DNA of 64,000 nt from the NCBI RefSeq assembly GCF_048403405.1, contig NZ_CP183129.1. The stretch is one strand, 5' to 3'. The stretch is from Escherichia coli. Its GTDB lineage: Bacteria; Pseudomonadota; Gammaproteobacteria; Enterobacterales; Enterobacteriaceae. Shown here piece by piece: positions 22,184 through 32,401 of this stretch (position 1 is its first letter; each line of letters begins with the position of its first letter). Below the pieces are notes generated by a model, which was not told where the DNA came from, ran no database searches, and saw nothing but the letters and a program-made list of their open reading frames with translations. Made by a program: the position numbers and the translations under genes.

Positions 22184-23707
22184 TTACTCAACCACAACCT
22201 TCACCTTCGGTTTAGAAAGGATAATTTTGACCAGGTCGATGTATGTTACCGGTTTATAGAAATAATAACCCTGCTGAAATGTGATATTATTTTGATTCAG
22301 ATAGTCAAGTTGTTCTTTCGTTTCGACACCTTCAGCGACGATACTGATCGAAAGTTTACGCGCCAGATCCAATACACAATCCAGAATCCGAGTTGATTCT
22401 GGGTCTGCGTTTACGCGGCCAACGAAACTGTGATCAATTTTGATATAATCAATATGCAGGTCATGCAGATAAGAAAGCCCTGAGTAGCCAGTACCGAAAT
22501 CATCCAGCGCAATGACAAAACCATTTTCATGCAGAATGTTCAACCGCTGAACCAGACTTTCATCAACATTTAATGGCTCACGCTCGGTAACTTCCAGAAC
22601 GAGGTTTAAATCGCGACGGGTAAAACTGTCACGGTAATTTAAGCACTCGTCGACAAATGTCGGCGAAATAATATGCGAGGCGCTAAAATTAATCCCAATA
22701 TGAAAACCTTCCGGCAGTTTACTCGCGATAGCGTTCATCTGTCTGGCAACCTGATTCATCAGGCTTCGCGTAAGCGGAACGATTAATCTGGATTTTTCAG
22801 CAAGTGGAATAAATGCCGCGGGTGATATATATCCACCGTGAGGTTGTTTCCAGCGGGCTAACACCTCAACTCCCCGCAATGTCCCTTCCCGACCATTTAC
22901 CACAGGTTGGTAAAATGGGACGATCTCCCCATTATTTATAGCCCGTCGCAGGATCTCTTCAGGCGTTGCGCTTTTATTGAAATACCTATCAAGCAGGAAG
23001 GCAGCGGCGCAGGCGATTAACAGAATAAATATCAAAATCCCAAAGCCTTTATCGATAAGTCTGTAGAAGCTAAAGAGTGGCGGCGGGTTAAAGATAATAG
23101 TGAAATGATATTTTGTGGAGTGAACCTTCTCGGTATAGGGATAGTGTCCATTAAGCGTCATCACATCACCCGTAGGTCCAATAATGTCATCTGCCACGCG
23201 TAATACATACCTTACCCCTTTCAAGGGTACATTAAGCGCCCCGCGAATATGCTGATCACTTATCGTAACCAAAATGCGCGTATCTGCAAATTGGCTCTGA
23301 TAGAGCAGGATAGGTAATCTATTAACGGTGTCGATTGCCGGAGCCAGCAGTAAATTACTGTCCGGGAAAACAGGAATACGAGACAGTAGGACCCGATTCC
23401 CCGGTAAGGATGTACACCAGACCGTTCCCTGTTTGAGAATGATGATTGTGCGCAGGTGAGGTTTCAGAGCTGCTTCAGTGCCAAGCTGATATTGCTCCTC
23501 GAGGTCGCATTCCTTCCCGGCAATGTTAACCGCCGTTTGAGTCGCCTGTGACGCTTCTTCAAGTATATGATTGATATTGTTGGCGGCATATCTTGCTCCC
23601 GCCAGGTACTCTGCTTTTGCGAAATACCAGAGCTGGATGTTCAAAATAGTGACACCGGTTATAAACAAGCATATCGCAATGAAGATGGGTATGAGTGTAT
23701 TGCGCAT
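22184..23707 (-). CDS. pdeG: c-di-GMP phosphodiesterase PdeG (YcgG); CSS-sensor plus EAL domain
   Basis: N-terminal TM/periplasmic region and C-terminal EAL domain; start trimmed to MRNTLIPIFIAICLF. Confidence 0.75.
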   Translation of the reverse strand: MRNTLIPIFIAICLFITGVTILNIQLWYFAKAEYLAGARYAANNINHILEEASQATQTAVNIAGKECDLEEQYQLGTEAALKPHLRTIIILKQGTVWCTSLPGNRVLLSRIPVFPDSNLLLAPAIDTVNRLPILLYQSQFADTRILVTISDQHIRGALNVPLKGVRYVLRVADDIIGPTGDVMTLNGHYPYTEKVHSTKYHFTIIFNPPPLFSFYRLIDKGFGILIFILLIACAAAFLLDRYFNKSATPEEILRRAINNGEIVPFYQPVVNGREGTLRGVEVLARWKQPHGGYISPAAFIPLAEKSRLIVPLTRSLMNQVARQMNAIASKLPEGFHIGINFSASHIISPTFVDECLNYRDSFTRRDLNLVLEVTEREPLNVDESLVQRLNILHENGFVIALDDFGTGYSGLSYLHDLHIDYIKIDHSFVGRVNADPESTRILDCVLDLARKLSISIVAEGVETKEQLDYLNQNNITFQQGYYFYKPVTYIDLVKIILSKPKVKVVVE

Positions 23708-24042
23708 TTGCTTGTCCCGGCCAAAGGGTTTAATACATGAAAATGCCATTCATTCGCTCGCACTGGCATCTACAGAGAGCATGGTAGAGAGCATAAGAAA
23801 TATCCACGCTGAAGATAAAATTTTCTCCATCTTCATCTAACCTATTAATTATTGAGCACAATGTAGTCAGAATTAAACAAATTAGGTGGGATATCAGGCG
23901 TCAAGAATGGAAAACGAGCGCTCTCCATTCCTGTTTGCCCCCTGATATTGCGGATATATTAAGAAAGCATAACGCCTGAAATGCTCACTTTGCACCAGCA
24001 TGATGATACAGCTGATGTTTATTCTATAACCTTACTCAAGTT

Positions 24043-24291
24043 CTAAGAGAGCACTGATTCCCTGTCATTAATAATGATATCCGTTAGTGTAGTCTTATGC
24101 ATTTCAATGTACTGCAAGATTTGCAGATAGAGATCAGAAAGAATCACACTAGTTTCATCTTTTAAACGCAAGCGTAAAGCCTTATCAATAATATGACTAT
24201 CAACATACCCGTGCGTCATGAGCACCTCCCTCTCGAGATTTTTAAACAAAGCACATTGAAAAATAAATCTCTCGGGGATTGAATTATTCAT
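24043..24291 (-). CDS. ymgC: YmgC
   Basis: Last gene of the ycgZ-ymgA-ariR-ymgC cluster; start trimmed to MNNSIPERF. Confidence 0.65.
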   Translation of the reverse strand: MNNSIPERFIFQCALFKNLEREVLMTHGYVDSHIIDKALRLRLKDETSVILSDLYLQILQYIEMHKTTLTDIIINDRESVLS

Positions 24292-24403
24292 GTCAGCCTC
24301 GTAGGAATATTGACCCAATAAAATTATGCTGTGTATAGTCTAAAGCGACAGACAAAAATAAGATGACTGAGTTTTCTATAAACTTATACTTAATAATTAA
24401 AAG

Positions 24404-24670
24404 TTACATATCATCAGCTGTGTATCGCAACACGATTTCCAGTGTTTTTCTAATCACATCAGCTTTGAGAATATCACTTGTTGTTTCCAGAGAGTGTATC
24501 AGACTTAAGATAATATTTTTATTATTAACATTATCGCCTGAAAGCATTAAATTGGTCACAGCCTGCCCTAACACAGCTGACTCTTCTTCTAACAAATTAC
24601 CTGAACTACGAAAGTAGCTTGATAACGCTTTATCAGTTATTGCATTATGAATTGTAGTATCTTCAAGCAT
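24404..24670 (-). CDS. ariR: Biofilm/acid-resistance regulator AriR (YmgB)
   Basis: 88-aa [41 protein letters not shown]... Confidence 0.75.
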   Translation of the reverse strand: MLEDTTIHNAITDKALSSYFRSSGNLLEEESAVLGQAVTNLMLSGDNVNNKNIILSLIHSLETTSDILKADVIRKTLEIVLRYTADDM

Positions 24671-24698
24671 GGTAACCTCTCATCTTACTTATGAAATT

Positions 24699-24971
24699 TT
24701 AATGTATTCTGTTTATTTTCTTACCATTGAACATACTTTTATTGTCAGCTATCGCTGTTCTTCTGTTTGGCTCTCCTGTATCACTGTTGCTAAAATCACG
24801 AATTATGCTGTCAATTAAATCTCGTCGGAAAGCATTTTCCTCAACCGATTTCATTACGAGTAATTGCTTAATAAGAGTCTGTAACGAAAAATTTATCTTC
24901 ATGCGCAGTATATGGAGCACCGCCTGGCCAGTAATTTCATATTTTGTACTTTCATTATCAGATGTTTTCAT
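24699..24971 (-). CDS. ymgA: Two-component connector protein YmgA
   Basis: 90-aa ORF in the ycgZ operon; AT-rich. Confidence 0.7.
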   Translation of the reverse strand: MKTSDNESTKYEITGQAVLHILRMKINFSLQTLIKQLLVMKSVEENAFRRDLIDSIIRDFSNSDTGEPNRRTAIADNKSMFNGKKINRIH

Positions 24972-25013
24972 AACGACTTCATAGCTAACCTGTTAAATAA
25001 TCAGGCTGTTGCA

Positions 25014-25250
25014 TTATTCAAAAAGCAACCCAATTAGTGCATTATAATGTTTCTGTTCCTCTTCCCCTGTCGCTTGTTCCAGTCGGCATAGAAGTTTGGC
25101 ACAAAGCGACTTTCGACTCAGATTACGTCCATCTTTCAAAATCTCAGTCACAATTTCCCCGAGAGTTTCCTGCTGAGTAGGCAAGTTAGCTTTTGCAAAG
25201 TAACGAGTGATTGCTCCCGCAGAATCTAAAGTCACTGAATTTTGATGCAT
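25014..25250 (-). CDS. ycgZ: Two-component connector protein YcgZ
   Basis: 78-aa ORF; divergent from bluF. Confidence 0.7.
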   Translation of the reverse strand: MHQNSVTLDSAGAITRYFAKANLPTQQETLGEIVTEILKDGRNLSRKSLCAKLLCRLEQATGEEEQKHYNALIGLLFE

Positions 25251-25563
25251 GCTACGCCTCTGTTAAAAATGTTAATCAATGTTAAGTGAGGTAACAATAG
25301 CAAACTTGTACGAAATATGTGTACAGAATGATAAATTAATTTTTTGCATTTAGTGCTAATACATATAAAACAACAGGTTATGATAAAAAATATTGCATCA
25401 TTTAAATGACAACCTATACAAAAATTTTCGCCAACTCATCTTCAACTTTTTCCATTTTTTATCAATGTAAAGAAACAGTTATGTTTTGGTATTAAAAGAA
25501 AGACACCGGAAGATATGTCTGTTACCGTCTTACTCTCGCCTCTCCCATTACCCTGGACAGTTA

Positions 25564-26775
25564 ATGCTTACCACCCTTATTTATCGTAGCCATATACGTG
25601 ACGACGAACCTGTCAAAAAAATCGAAGAAATGGTTTCGATAGCAAATCGCAGGAACATGCAGTCTGACGTAACAGGGATCTTACTGTTTAATGGTTCTCA
25701 TTTTTTCCAGCTTCTGGAAGGTCCGGAAGAACAGGTTAAAATGATATATCGGGCTATATGCCAGGATCCACGGCACTATAATATTGTTGAGCTGCTGTGC
25801 GATTACGCGCCTGCTCGCCGTTTTGGCAAAGCGGGAATGGAATTATTTGATTTGCGCCTGCACGAGCGAGATGACGTTTTACAGGCCGTATTCGACAAAG
25901 GCACATCAAAATTTCAGCTAACTTATGATGACAGAGCGCTACAATTTTTTCGTACTTTTGTCCTTGCAACCGAACAAGCAACCTATTTCGAGATCCCTGC
26001 CGAAGACTCCTGGCTTTTTATCGCTGACGGATCTGATAAAGAACTTGATTCTTGTACCCTTTCACCAACTATAAATGACCACTTTGCCTTTCATCCTATT
26101 GTCGATCCCTTATCGCGGCGGATAATCGCTTTTGAAGCCATTGTGCAAAAAAATGAAGATAGCCCATCAGCTATAGCGGTTGGGCAGCGTAAAGACGGGG
26201 AAATCTACAAAGCGGATCTCAAAAGTAAGGCGCTTGCATTCGCGATGGCACACGCACTTGAGCTCGGTGATAAAATGATTTCAATCAATCTATTACCTAT
26301 GACCCTGGTTAACGAACCTGACGCAGTCTCTTTTTTACTTGATGAAATAAAGGCCAATGCTCTGGTGCCTGAACAAATCATCGTTGAATTTACTGAAAGT
26401 GAAGTCATATCTCGGTTTGATGAGTTTGCAGAAGCGATTAAATCGCTTAAGGCTGCCGGTATCAGTGTAGCAATTGATCATTTTGGCGCAGGTTTTGCCG
26501 GTTTGTTACTCCTGTCACGCTTCCAGCCTGACAGAATTAAAATCAGTCAGGAATTGATTACCAATGTTCATAAAAGCGGGCCACGGCAGGCAATTATTCA
26601 AGCGATCATAAAATGCTGTACATCACTTGAAATTCAAGTCAGTGCTATGGGCGTGGCAACACCAGAAGAGTGGATGTGGCTTGAATCCGCAGGAATTGAG
26701 ATGTTTCAGGGAGATCTGTTTGCGAAAGCTAAATTGAATGGTATCCCTTCCATAGCGTGGCCAGAGAAAAAATAA
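25564..26775 (+). CDS. bluF: Blue-light sensor BluF (YcgF); BLUF domain plus degenerate EAL domain
   Basis: From MLTTLIYRSHIRDDEPVKKIEEMVSIANRRNMQSDVTGILLFNG (BLUF) with C-terminal EAL-like domain; ORF in track extends upstream to 25486. Confidence 0.85.
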   Translation: MLTTLIYRSHIRDDEPVKKIEEMVSIANRRNMQSDVTGILLFNGSHFFQLLEGPEEQVKMIYRAICQDPRHYNIVELLCDYAPARRFGKAGMELFDLRLHERDDVLQAVFDKGTSKFQLTYDDRALQFFRTFVLATEQATYFEIPAEDSWLFIADGSDKELDSCTLSPTINDHFAFHPIVDPLSRRIIAFEAIVQKNEDSPSAIAVGQRKDGEIYKADLKSKALAFAMAHALELGDKMISINLLPMTLVNEPDAVSFLLDEIKANALVPEQIIVEFTESEVISRFDEFAEAIKSLKAAGISVAIDHFGAGFAGLLLLSRFQPDRIKISQELITNVHKSGPRQAIIQAIIKCCTSLEIQVSAMGVATPEEWMWLESAGIEMFQGDLFAKAKLNGIPSIAWPEKK

Positions 26776-26979
26776 TTTTCAGCACATTCTTTCACATGAT
26801 TTCAGTAAATCATCGTGAAAATGAATACGTTATGTTTAAATTTAATCCACATTAAAAATAATGTTTCATCCAATTTAGCTGAAATCTTATTTATACTTTG
26901 TACAATTTTAGCGTATATTGTACAAAGTATTATTGGGTCGTGTACAGGCGACGGAGATTTGTGACCGCAAGGAGGAATT

Positions 26980-27711
26980 GTGGCTTATTACAGCATTGGT
27001 GATGTTGCTGAACGTTGCGGGATTAATCCTGTCACTCTCCGGGCCTGGCAACGCCGCTACGGTTTGTTAAAACCACAGCGCAGTGAAGGCGGACACCGAC
27101 TCTTTGATGAAGAAGACATACAACGCATCGAAGAGATCAAGCGTTGGATAAGTAATGGCGTCCCTGTAGGCAAAGTTAAAGCATTACTGGAAACCACCAG
27201 CCAGGATACGGAAGATGACTGGAGCCGCCTGCAAGAAGAGATGATGTCAATTCTTCGTATGGCTAATCCTGCCAAACTACGCGCGAGAATTATTTCACTG
27301 GGTCGAGAGTACCCAGTAGATCAATTGATTAATCATGTTTACCTTCCTGTTCGCCAGCGTCTCGTGCTTGATCACAACACCTCCCGCATTATGAGCAGTA
27401 TGTTTGACGGCGCATTAATTGAATACGCAGCAGCCTCGCTTTTCGAAATGCGCCGTAAGCCCGGTAAAGAAGCCATTCTGATGGCGTGGAATGTTGAAGA
27501 GAGAGCACGATTGTGGCTGGAAGCATGGCGTTTATCATTGTCAGGATGGCACATTTCTGTTCTTGCTGATCCCATTGAATCGCCGCGCCCGGAACTGTTC
27601 CCGACGCAAACATTGATTGTCTGGACAGGCATGGCACCAACGAGAAGGCAAAACGAACTTTTACAACACTGGGGTGAGCAAGGTTATAAAGTCATCTTTC
27701 ATGCCCCCTAA
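26980..27711 (+). CDS. bluR: MerR-family repressor BluR (YcgE)
   Basis: 243-aa [59 protein letters not shown] (MerR HTH). Confidence 0.85.
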   Translation: MAYYSIGDVAERCGINPVTLRAWQRRYGLLKPQRSEGGHRLFDEEDIQRIEEIKRWISNGVPVGKVKALLETTSQDTEDDWSRLQEEMMSILRMANPAKLRARIISLGREYPVDQLINHVYLPVRQRLVLDHNTSRIMSSMFDGALIEYAAASLFEMRRKPGKEAILMAWNVEERARLWLEAWRLSLSGWHISVLADPIESPRPELFPTQTLIVWTGMAPTRRQNELLQHWGEQGYKVIFHAP

Positions 27712-27931
27712 TTTCACCTTTATCCCGCCCCTTAGACAGAATCTTATAATCTGAACCCACAACAGCGTTTGCACCGGAGCTGGTCCGTTGCAAAATGCTC
27801 ACCGGGAGAATTCAGGTAATCCCCCTTTCACACTTTGTACATATCACAGCCAAAGGACAGACCAGATTGAAGTGGTAAAACCGATCGTGCACACTACGCA
27901 GTCTCACAACTAACAAGAGGTTATTATCCTG

Positions 27932-28336
27932 ATGGATCAGGTTGTTGTTTTTCAAAAGATGTTTGAGCAAGTGAGAAAAGAGCAAAACTTCTCCTGGTTT
28001 TATTCAGAATTAAAACATCACCGTATTGCACATTACATTTATTATCTGGCTACGGATAACATCAGAATTATTACTCACGATGACACGGTTTTGTTATTAA
28101 GAGGAACCAGGAACCTGTTAAAAGTTAGTACGACCAAGAACCCTGCTAAAATAAAAGAGGCCGCATTGCTTCATATTTGCGGAAAATCAACATTTCGGGA
28201 ATACTGTTCAACACTGGCAGGCGCGGGCGTTTTCCGGTGGGTTACTGATGTTAATCATAACAAACGCAGTTACTACGCCATTGATAATACGCTTTTATAT
28301 ATTGAAGATGTAGAAAACAATAAACCATTAATCTAG
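27932..28336 (+). CDS. ycgX: YcgX (DUF1398-family)
   Basis: 134-aa ORF recognised as YcgX; neighbour of bluR and iraM. Confidence 0.7.
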   Translation: MDQVVVFQKMFEQVRKEQNFSWFYSELKHHRIAHYIYYLATDNIRIITHDDTVLLLRGTRNLLKVSTTKNPAKIKEAALLHICGKSTFREYCSTLAGAGVFRWVTDVNHNKRSYYAIDNTLLYIEDVENNKPLI

Positions 28337-29038
28337 CTAAAGTTGGAAGCTTAAGAAATGCTTCATAATTCAGTAAGGCATTAGCATAATGGAAATAAAA
28401 GTGCAGAGACTATCCCTATGGATGATATATACTATCTTTTTATTGCCACCCATAAATAATCACCAGGCCAATACTATCAAATTGATATTTGAAATGTGAT
28501 TACTTGACTTTCTATAAGTTATTTTATAACGGTTAACAAATTTATAAAACCAACGGGCGTGCCATACGCCCGTTTCAATACTTAACGCACATGTGTTTTG
28601 GTTTAGTCATCATCCGGTTATATGTATTTTAGCCAGGAATGGGTTAAACCATTCCTATATAACTAAAAAATTGAAACCTTATTCTCATGTCATGCTTATA
28701 TTCGTCATTATCGTTATATAAAAAGGCCAACCATAATGTTTAGCAAATTGGCACAAAGTAGTATAAAGGCTATGTTTTAATTACAGGATGTTCAGTCATT
28801 TGAATGTATAACATTTTAGCTAAACAAATCTAAAACGAAGTGAATAATTTAATGTTTTCACTAAATCTCATTTTGTTTAATATCTATTGAGATTTCTTGC
28901 TTTAAATTTTGCTTTATATAAACAATGGTTTTAATTTTTGATTAATTTGTTTTTTGGGGAGTAATATACACATATGCAAAGTCAAGAAATGAACATCCAA
29001 ATGAACTATATTAAGCACCGTGGGATAAGACATAACAA

Positions 29039-29362
29039 ATGAAGTGGATAGTAATTGACACGATAATTCAACCTACATGCGGCATATCTTTTTCAGCCAT
29101 ATGGGGTGATATGAAAATGATCATCTGGTATCAATCTACTATATTTCTCCCTCCTGGCAGTATATTTAAACCGGTTAAATCTGGTATTATCTTTAAGGAT
29201 AAAGAATACCCTATTACTATTTATAATATCGCACCATTCAACAAGGATTTATGGATTTTACTCAAAAGCAGTCAAGAGTGTCCTCCAGGAGAAAGCGAAA
29301 TAACAAATAAATGTTTACATAATAGTTGTATTATAAAAATATGCCCATATGGACTCAAGTAA
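29039..29362 (+). CDS. iraM: Anti-adaptor protein IraM (RssB inhibitor; PhoPQ-regulated in K-12)
   Basis: 107-aa [46 protein letters not shown]...; strongly AT-rich gene and upstream region. Confidence 0.8.
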   Translation: MKWIVIDTIIQPTCGISFSAIWGDMKMIIWYQSTIFLPPGSIFKPVKSGIIFKDKEYPITIYNIAPFNKDLWILLKSSQECPPGESEITNKCLHNSCIIKICPYGLK

Positions 29363-29464
29363 TGGGCTTCATATAAATATGCTCGACATGCTATTAATAA
29401 TATCCACATAAATAAAACAACGGGCGTGTTATACGCCCGTTTCATTATTTAACACATGTAGAGA

Positions 29465-30715
29465 TTACATGTTCTTGATGATCGCATCACCAAACTCGCT
29501 ACATTTCAGCAATTTAGCGCCTTCCATCAGACGTTCGAAGTCATAGGTTACGGTCTTGGCGTTGATTGCGCCTTCCATACCTTTAACAATCAGGTCTGCG
29601 GCTTCAGTCCAGCCCATATGGCGCAGCATCATCTCAGCGGAGAGAATAATAGAGCCAGGGTTAACTTTGTCCTGACCGGCATATTTCGGCGCAGTACCGT
29701 GGGTGGCTTCAAACAGGGCGCATTCGTCACCGATGTTTGCGCCTGGGGCGATACCGATACCGCCGACCTGTGCAGCCAGAGCGTCAGAAATGTAGTCACC
29801 GTTCAGGTTCATACAGGCGATAACATCATATTCAGCCGGACGCAGCAGGATCTGTTGCAGGAATGCATCAGCAATCACATCTTTAATGACGATCTCTTTG
29901 CCGGTATTCGGGTTTTTAACTTTCAGCCACGGGCCGCCGTCGATCAGTTCACCGCCAAACTCTTCACGCGCCAGCTGGTAGCCCCAGTCTTTAAACGCGC
30001 CTTCGGTGAACTTCATGATGTTGCCTTTGTGCACCAGGGTCACAGAGTCACGATCGTTAGCAATTGCGTATTCGATCGCGGCACGGACCAGACGTTTGGT
30101 GCCTTCTTCAGAACACGGCTTAATACCGATACCGCAATGTTCCGGGAAGCGAATTTTCTTCACGCCCATCTCTTCACGCAGGAATTTAATCACTTTCTCG
30201 GCGTCGGCAGAGTCAGCTTTCCATTCGATACCCGCATAAATGTCTTCCGAGTTTTCACGGAAGATAACCATATCGGTCAGTTCAGGATGTTTAACCGGGC
30301 TTGGGGTGCCCTGATAGTAACGTACCGGACGCAGGCAGATGTAGAGATCCAGTTCCTGGCGCAGGGCAACGTTCAGAGAACGAATACCGCCACCAACCGG
30401 AGTGGTCAGAGGGCCTTTAATGGCAACGCGATATTCACGAATCAGATCAAGGGTTTCAGCAGGCAGCCAGACATCCTGACCATAAACCTGTGTGGATTTT
30501 TCACCGGTGTAAATTTCCATCCAGGAGATTTTACGCTCGCCTTTATAGGCTTTCTCGACTGCAGCGTCGACCACTTTCAGCATGGCTGGGGTTACATCTA
30601 CACCGATTCCATCACCTTCAATGTAAGGGATAATCGGATTTTCAGGAACGTTGAGTTTGCCGTTTTGCAGGGTGATCTTCTTGCCTTGTGCCGGAACAAC
30701 TACTTTACTTTCCAT
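29465..30715 (-). CDS. icd: NADP-dependent isocitrate dehydrogenase
   Basis: 416-aa [49 protein letters not shown]...; full-length. Confidence 0.95.
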   Translation of the reverse strand: MESKVVVPAQGKKITLQNGKLNVPENPIIPYIEGDGIGVDVTPAMLKVVDAAVEKAYKGERKISWMEIYTGEKSTQVYGQDVWLPAETLDLIREYRVAIKGPLTTPVGGGIRSLNVALRQELDLYICLRPVRYYQGTPSPVKHPELTDMVIFRENSEDIYAGIEWKADSADAEKVIKFLREEMGVKKIRFPEHCGIGIKPCSEEGTKRLVRAAIEYAIANDRDSVTLVHKGNIMKFTEGAFKDWGYQLAREEFGGELIDGGPWLKVKNPNTGKEIVIKDVIADAFLQQILLRPAEYDVIACMNLNGDYISDALAAQVGGIGIAPGANIGDECALFEATHGTAPKYAGQDKVNPGSIILSAEMMLRHMGWTEAADLIVKGMEGAINAKTVTYDFERLMEGAKLLKCSEFGDAIIKNM

Positions 30716-30886
30716 TCACCTCTCCTTCGAGCGCTACTGGTTTGCTCGTCTGCCACCACGTTGCATATGCGTTTGCGTCCTGCGATACGGATGCATTAGA
30801 GCAATTTTTTGTTAATGATTTGTAATTGGCTTGTCAATACTACCCTATTGTTTGCCGTCATGAAAGATGCGCGTTATTAGGCTATA

Positions 30887-30937
30887 ATGCGGCAATTCAT
30901 AATCTCTGAAAATACCATGCAAAAAACTTCTTTTAGA
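30887..30937 (+). pseudogene. Displaced 5' remnant of rluE (first ~17 codons) separated from the gene body by ~1.5 kb of inserted DNA
   Basis: Reads ATG CGG CAA TTC ATA ATC TCT GAA AAT ACC ATG CAA AAA ACT TCT TTT AGA = MRQFIISENTMQKTSFR, matching my recollection of the K-12 RluE N-terminus; frame then diverges into nonsense and stops at 31030; an 11-bp motif cttcttttaga recurs at 32439-32449 inside the functional rluE. Confidence 0.45.
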
Positions 30938-31176
30938 CCAAAGACAGTATTTTTCAGACCTTCAAATAAGGCATTAAATATCAATAAGTTACACCAGTTT
31001 TTAAGCAATAAAAAAAACCACCAGAGATAACTAACAGGATGCTATTTGGTCAAAATTTGACATTACTCGACTCAGCGACTATCTCACTTTGAGCACTATT
31101 GGGAAAATTATCAAAAGTCATGGTTGAAGCGACAAGCAACGAGTAAATTATGGCATCCCCCCTTTTTGAGGTTCAC

Positions 31177-31263
31177 ATGAAACGCTTTGCACTGATAGCT
31201 GTGAAACTCGTTGCCTTTACTGGTTCTGCATCTGCTGCAACCGAAGAAATCAACTTCAAGTAA
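31177..31263 (+). CDS. Micro-ORF (28 aa, MKRFALIAVKLVAFTGSASAATEEINFK) preceding the two-gene module
   Basis: ATG 6 nt downstream of gagg; signal-peptide-like hydrophobic core; below 60-aa track cut-off, read directly from sequence. Confidence 0.3.
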   Translation: MKRFALIAVKLVAFTGSASAATEEINFK

Positions 31264-31296
31264 CAGAAACACTATATAACAATGGAGTGTTGACAA

Positions 31297-31746
31297 ATGG
31301 ATACTACCGAAGAACGCAATGGAACATATTTCTACAGAGGACACCCGAACCTGTCCAAAATAGAACTACTCAACGTCATATTCCTTGAAGAATTCTGTAA
31401 GGAATTGGGGATTGATTCGGTATCAGGTGCAGCAATCTTATCTGGTCAACCGTGGCTGGGTACAAGAGCGAAGCCGCAAGGGGCAACCCTGGGAACAAGT
31501 GTTGTCTCAAAGTATGCGCGTATACTGATGAGAGATGCACGCATGCCTTTTGGTATTTCTGTTCATACACCAGTGGGTGTAAGGATGCAGAAATCTAATA
31601 AGCTTGCTGCAATTATCGCTCGTTGGGTCCCGTGGATTGGTTGGGCTTCACTGTCGATGAGTCTTTACAGGGTTTCGACTCGTACCCAGGAAAAATACAA
31701 TCTGATTGCCAAACCTCAAGACCGTATTAAGTGGACTTCCTTCTAA
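31297..31746 (+). CDS. Hypothetical protein (149 aa) with C-terminal hydrophobic segment; first gene of islet module
   Basis: ORF in track; RBS ggag 9 nt upstream; C-terminal predicted helix LAAIIARWVPWIGWASLSMSLY; no family recognised. Confidence 0.55.
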   Translation: MDTTEERNGTYFYRGHPNLSKIELLNVIFLEEFCKELGIDSVSGAAILSGQPWLGTRAKPQGATLGTSVVSKYARILMRDARMPFGISVHTPVGVRMQKSNKLAAIIARWVPWIGWASLSMSLYRVSTRTQEKYNLIAKPQDRIKWTSF

Positions 31747-32081
31747 TGGCGACAACAATCACAGACGAAGTTTTAGCACTGTTCCGTGATGAGATTCCAG
31801 GTTATCAGGATGACCACGGGAAGGAAATTCCGTTAGAACTGGACTCTGATTTGTTCGACTATCCACGAGATGATTTAGAGGACGCTATACGGAAATACAA
31901 AGAGAGGTTTGGGATTAACCTGGATAATCTGGACTGGTCTTTGTACCTTCCATGGGAGTCTGCACCATTGCTTCAACGATGGTTCAAGCTCAAGCGGGAA
32001 GAGGTAGAAACAACACGTTTACCGTTAACTGTACGGATGTTTGCAGAATCAGCAGAAGCGGGAAAATGGCTGTATCAGTAG
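31746..32081 (+). CDS. Hypothetical acidic protein (111 aa); second gene of islet module, translationally coupled
   Basis: Start ATG overlaps stop of upstream gene (TAATG); Asp/Glu-rich N-terminal half (DEIPGYQDDHGKEIPLELDSDLFDYPRDDLEDAI); track ORF begins 5 codons earlier at 31731. Confidence 0.55.
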   Translation: MATTITDEVLALFRDEIPGYQDDHGKEIPLELDSDLFDYPRDDLEDAIRKYKERFGINLDNLDWSLYLPWESAPLLQRWFKLKREEVETTRLPLTVRMFAESAEAGKWLYQ

Positions 32082-32401
32082 AATAAAAAAGAAGGCTGCG
32101 ATGCCCCTCTTATTACTGCTGATGATGGTAGTGGTAAAGCATCATCCTGAACTTGAACAGTGAAGTGCTGTCACCCATCAGTAATACAGAAACACTATTT
32201 TTCATACCAGTATTTATTCAATTCATCAATGTAAAATGTGTTCATTGGGCCATATTTATCACCATGCAGCCACACAACCGCTGCTCACTAACCCAGGTAT
32301 TGATGAAACCGCGCTGAAGAGCCTGAACCCTGAACCTCTAACGAGTACCTTAAAAGTCCAATGCAATCCGACACTGTGCTACCCTCTGCGTATAGCTCTA
32401 T

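Noticed and set aside
29465-29520. e14 prophage or icd 3'-end duplication (icdC) at the usual icd attachment site
   Set aside because: No integrase, lit, mcrA or other e14 genes follow icd; icd is a single intact copy, so the element is absent.
29618-30799. 393-aa ORF on the plus strand
   Set aside because: Antisense to full-length icd, which is unambiguous; a long open frame in a highly expressed, codon-biased gene is a common artefact.
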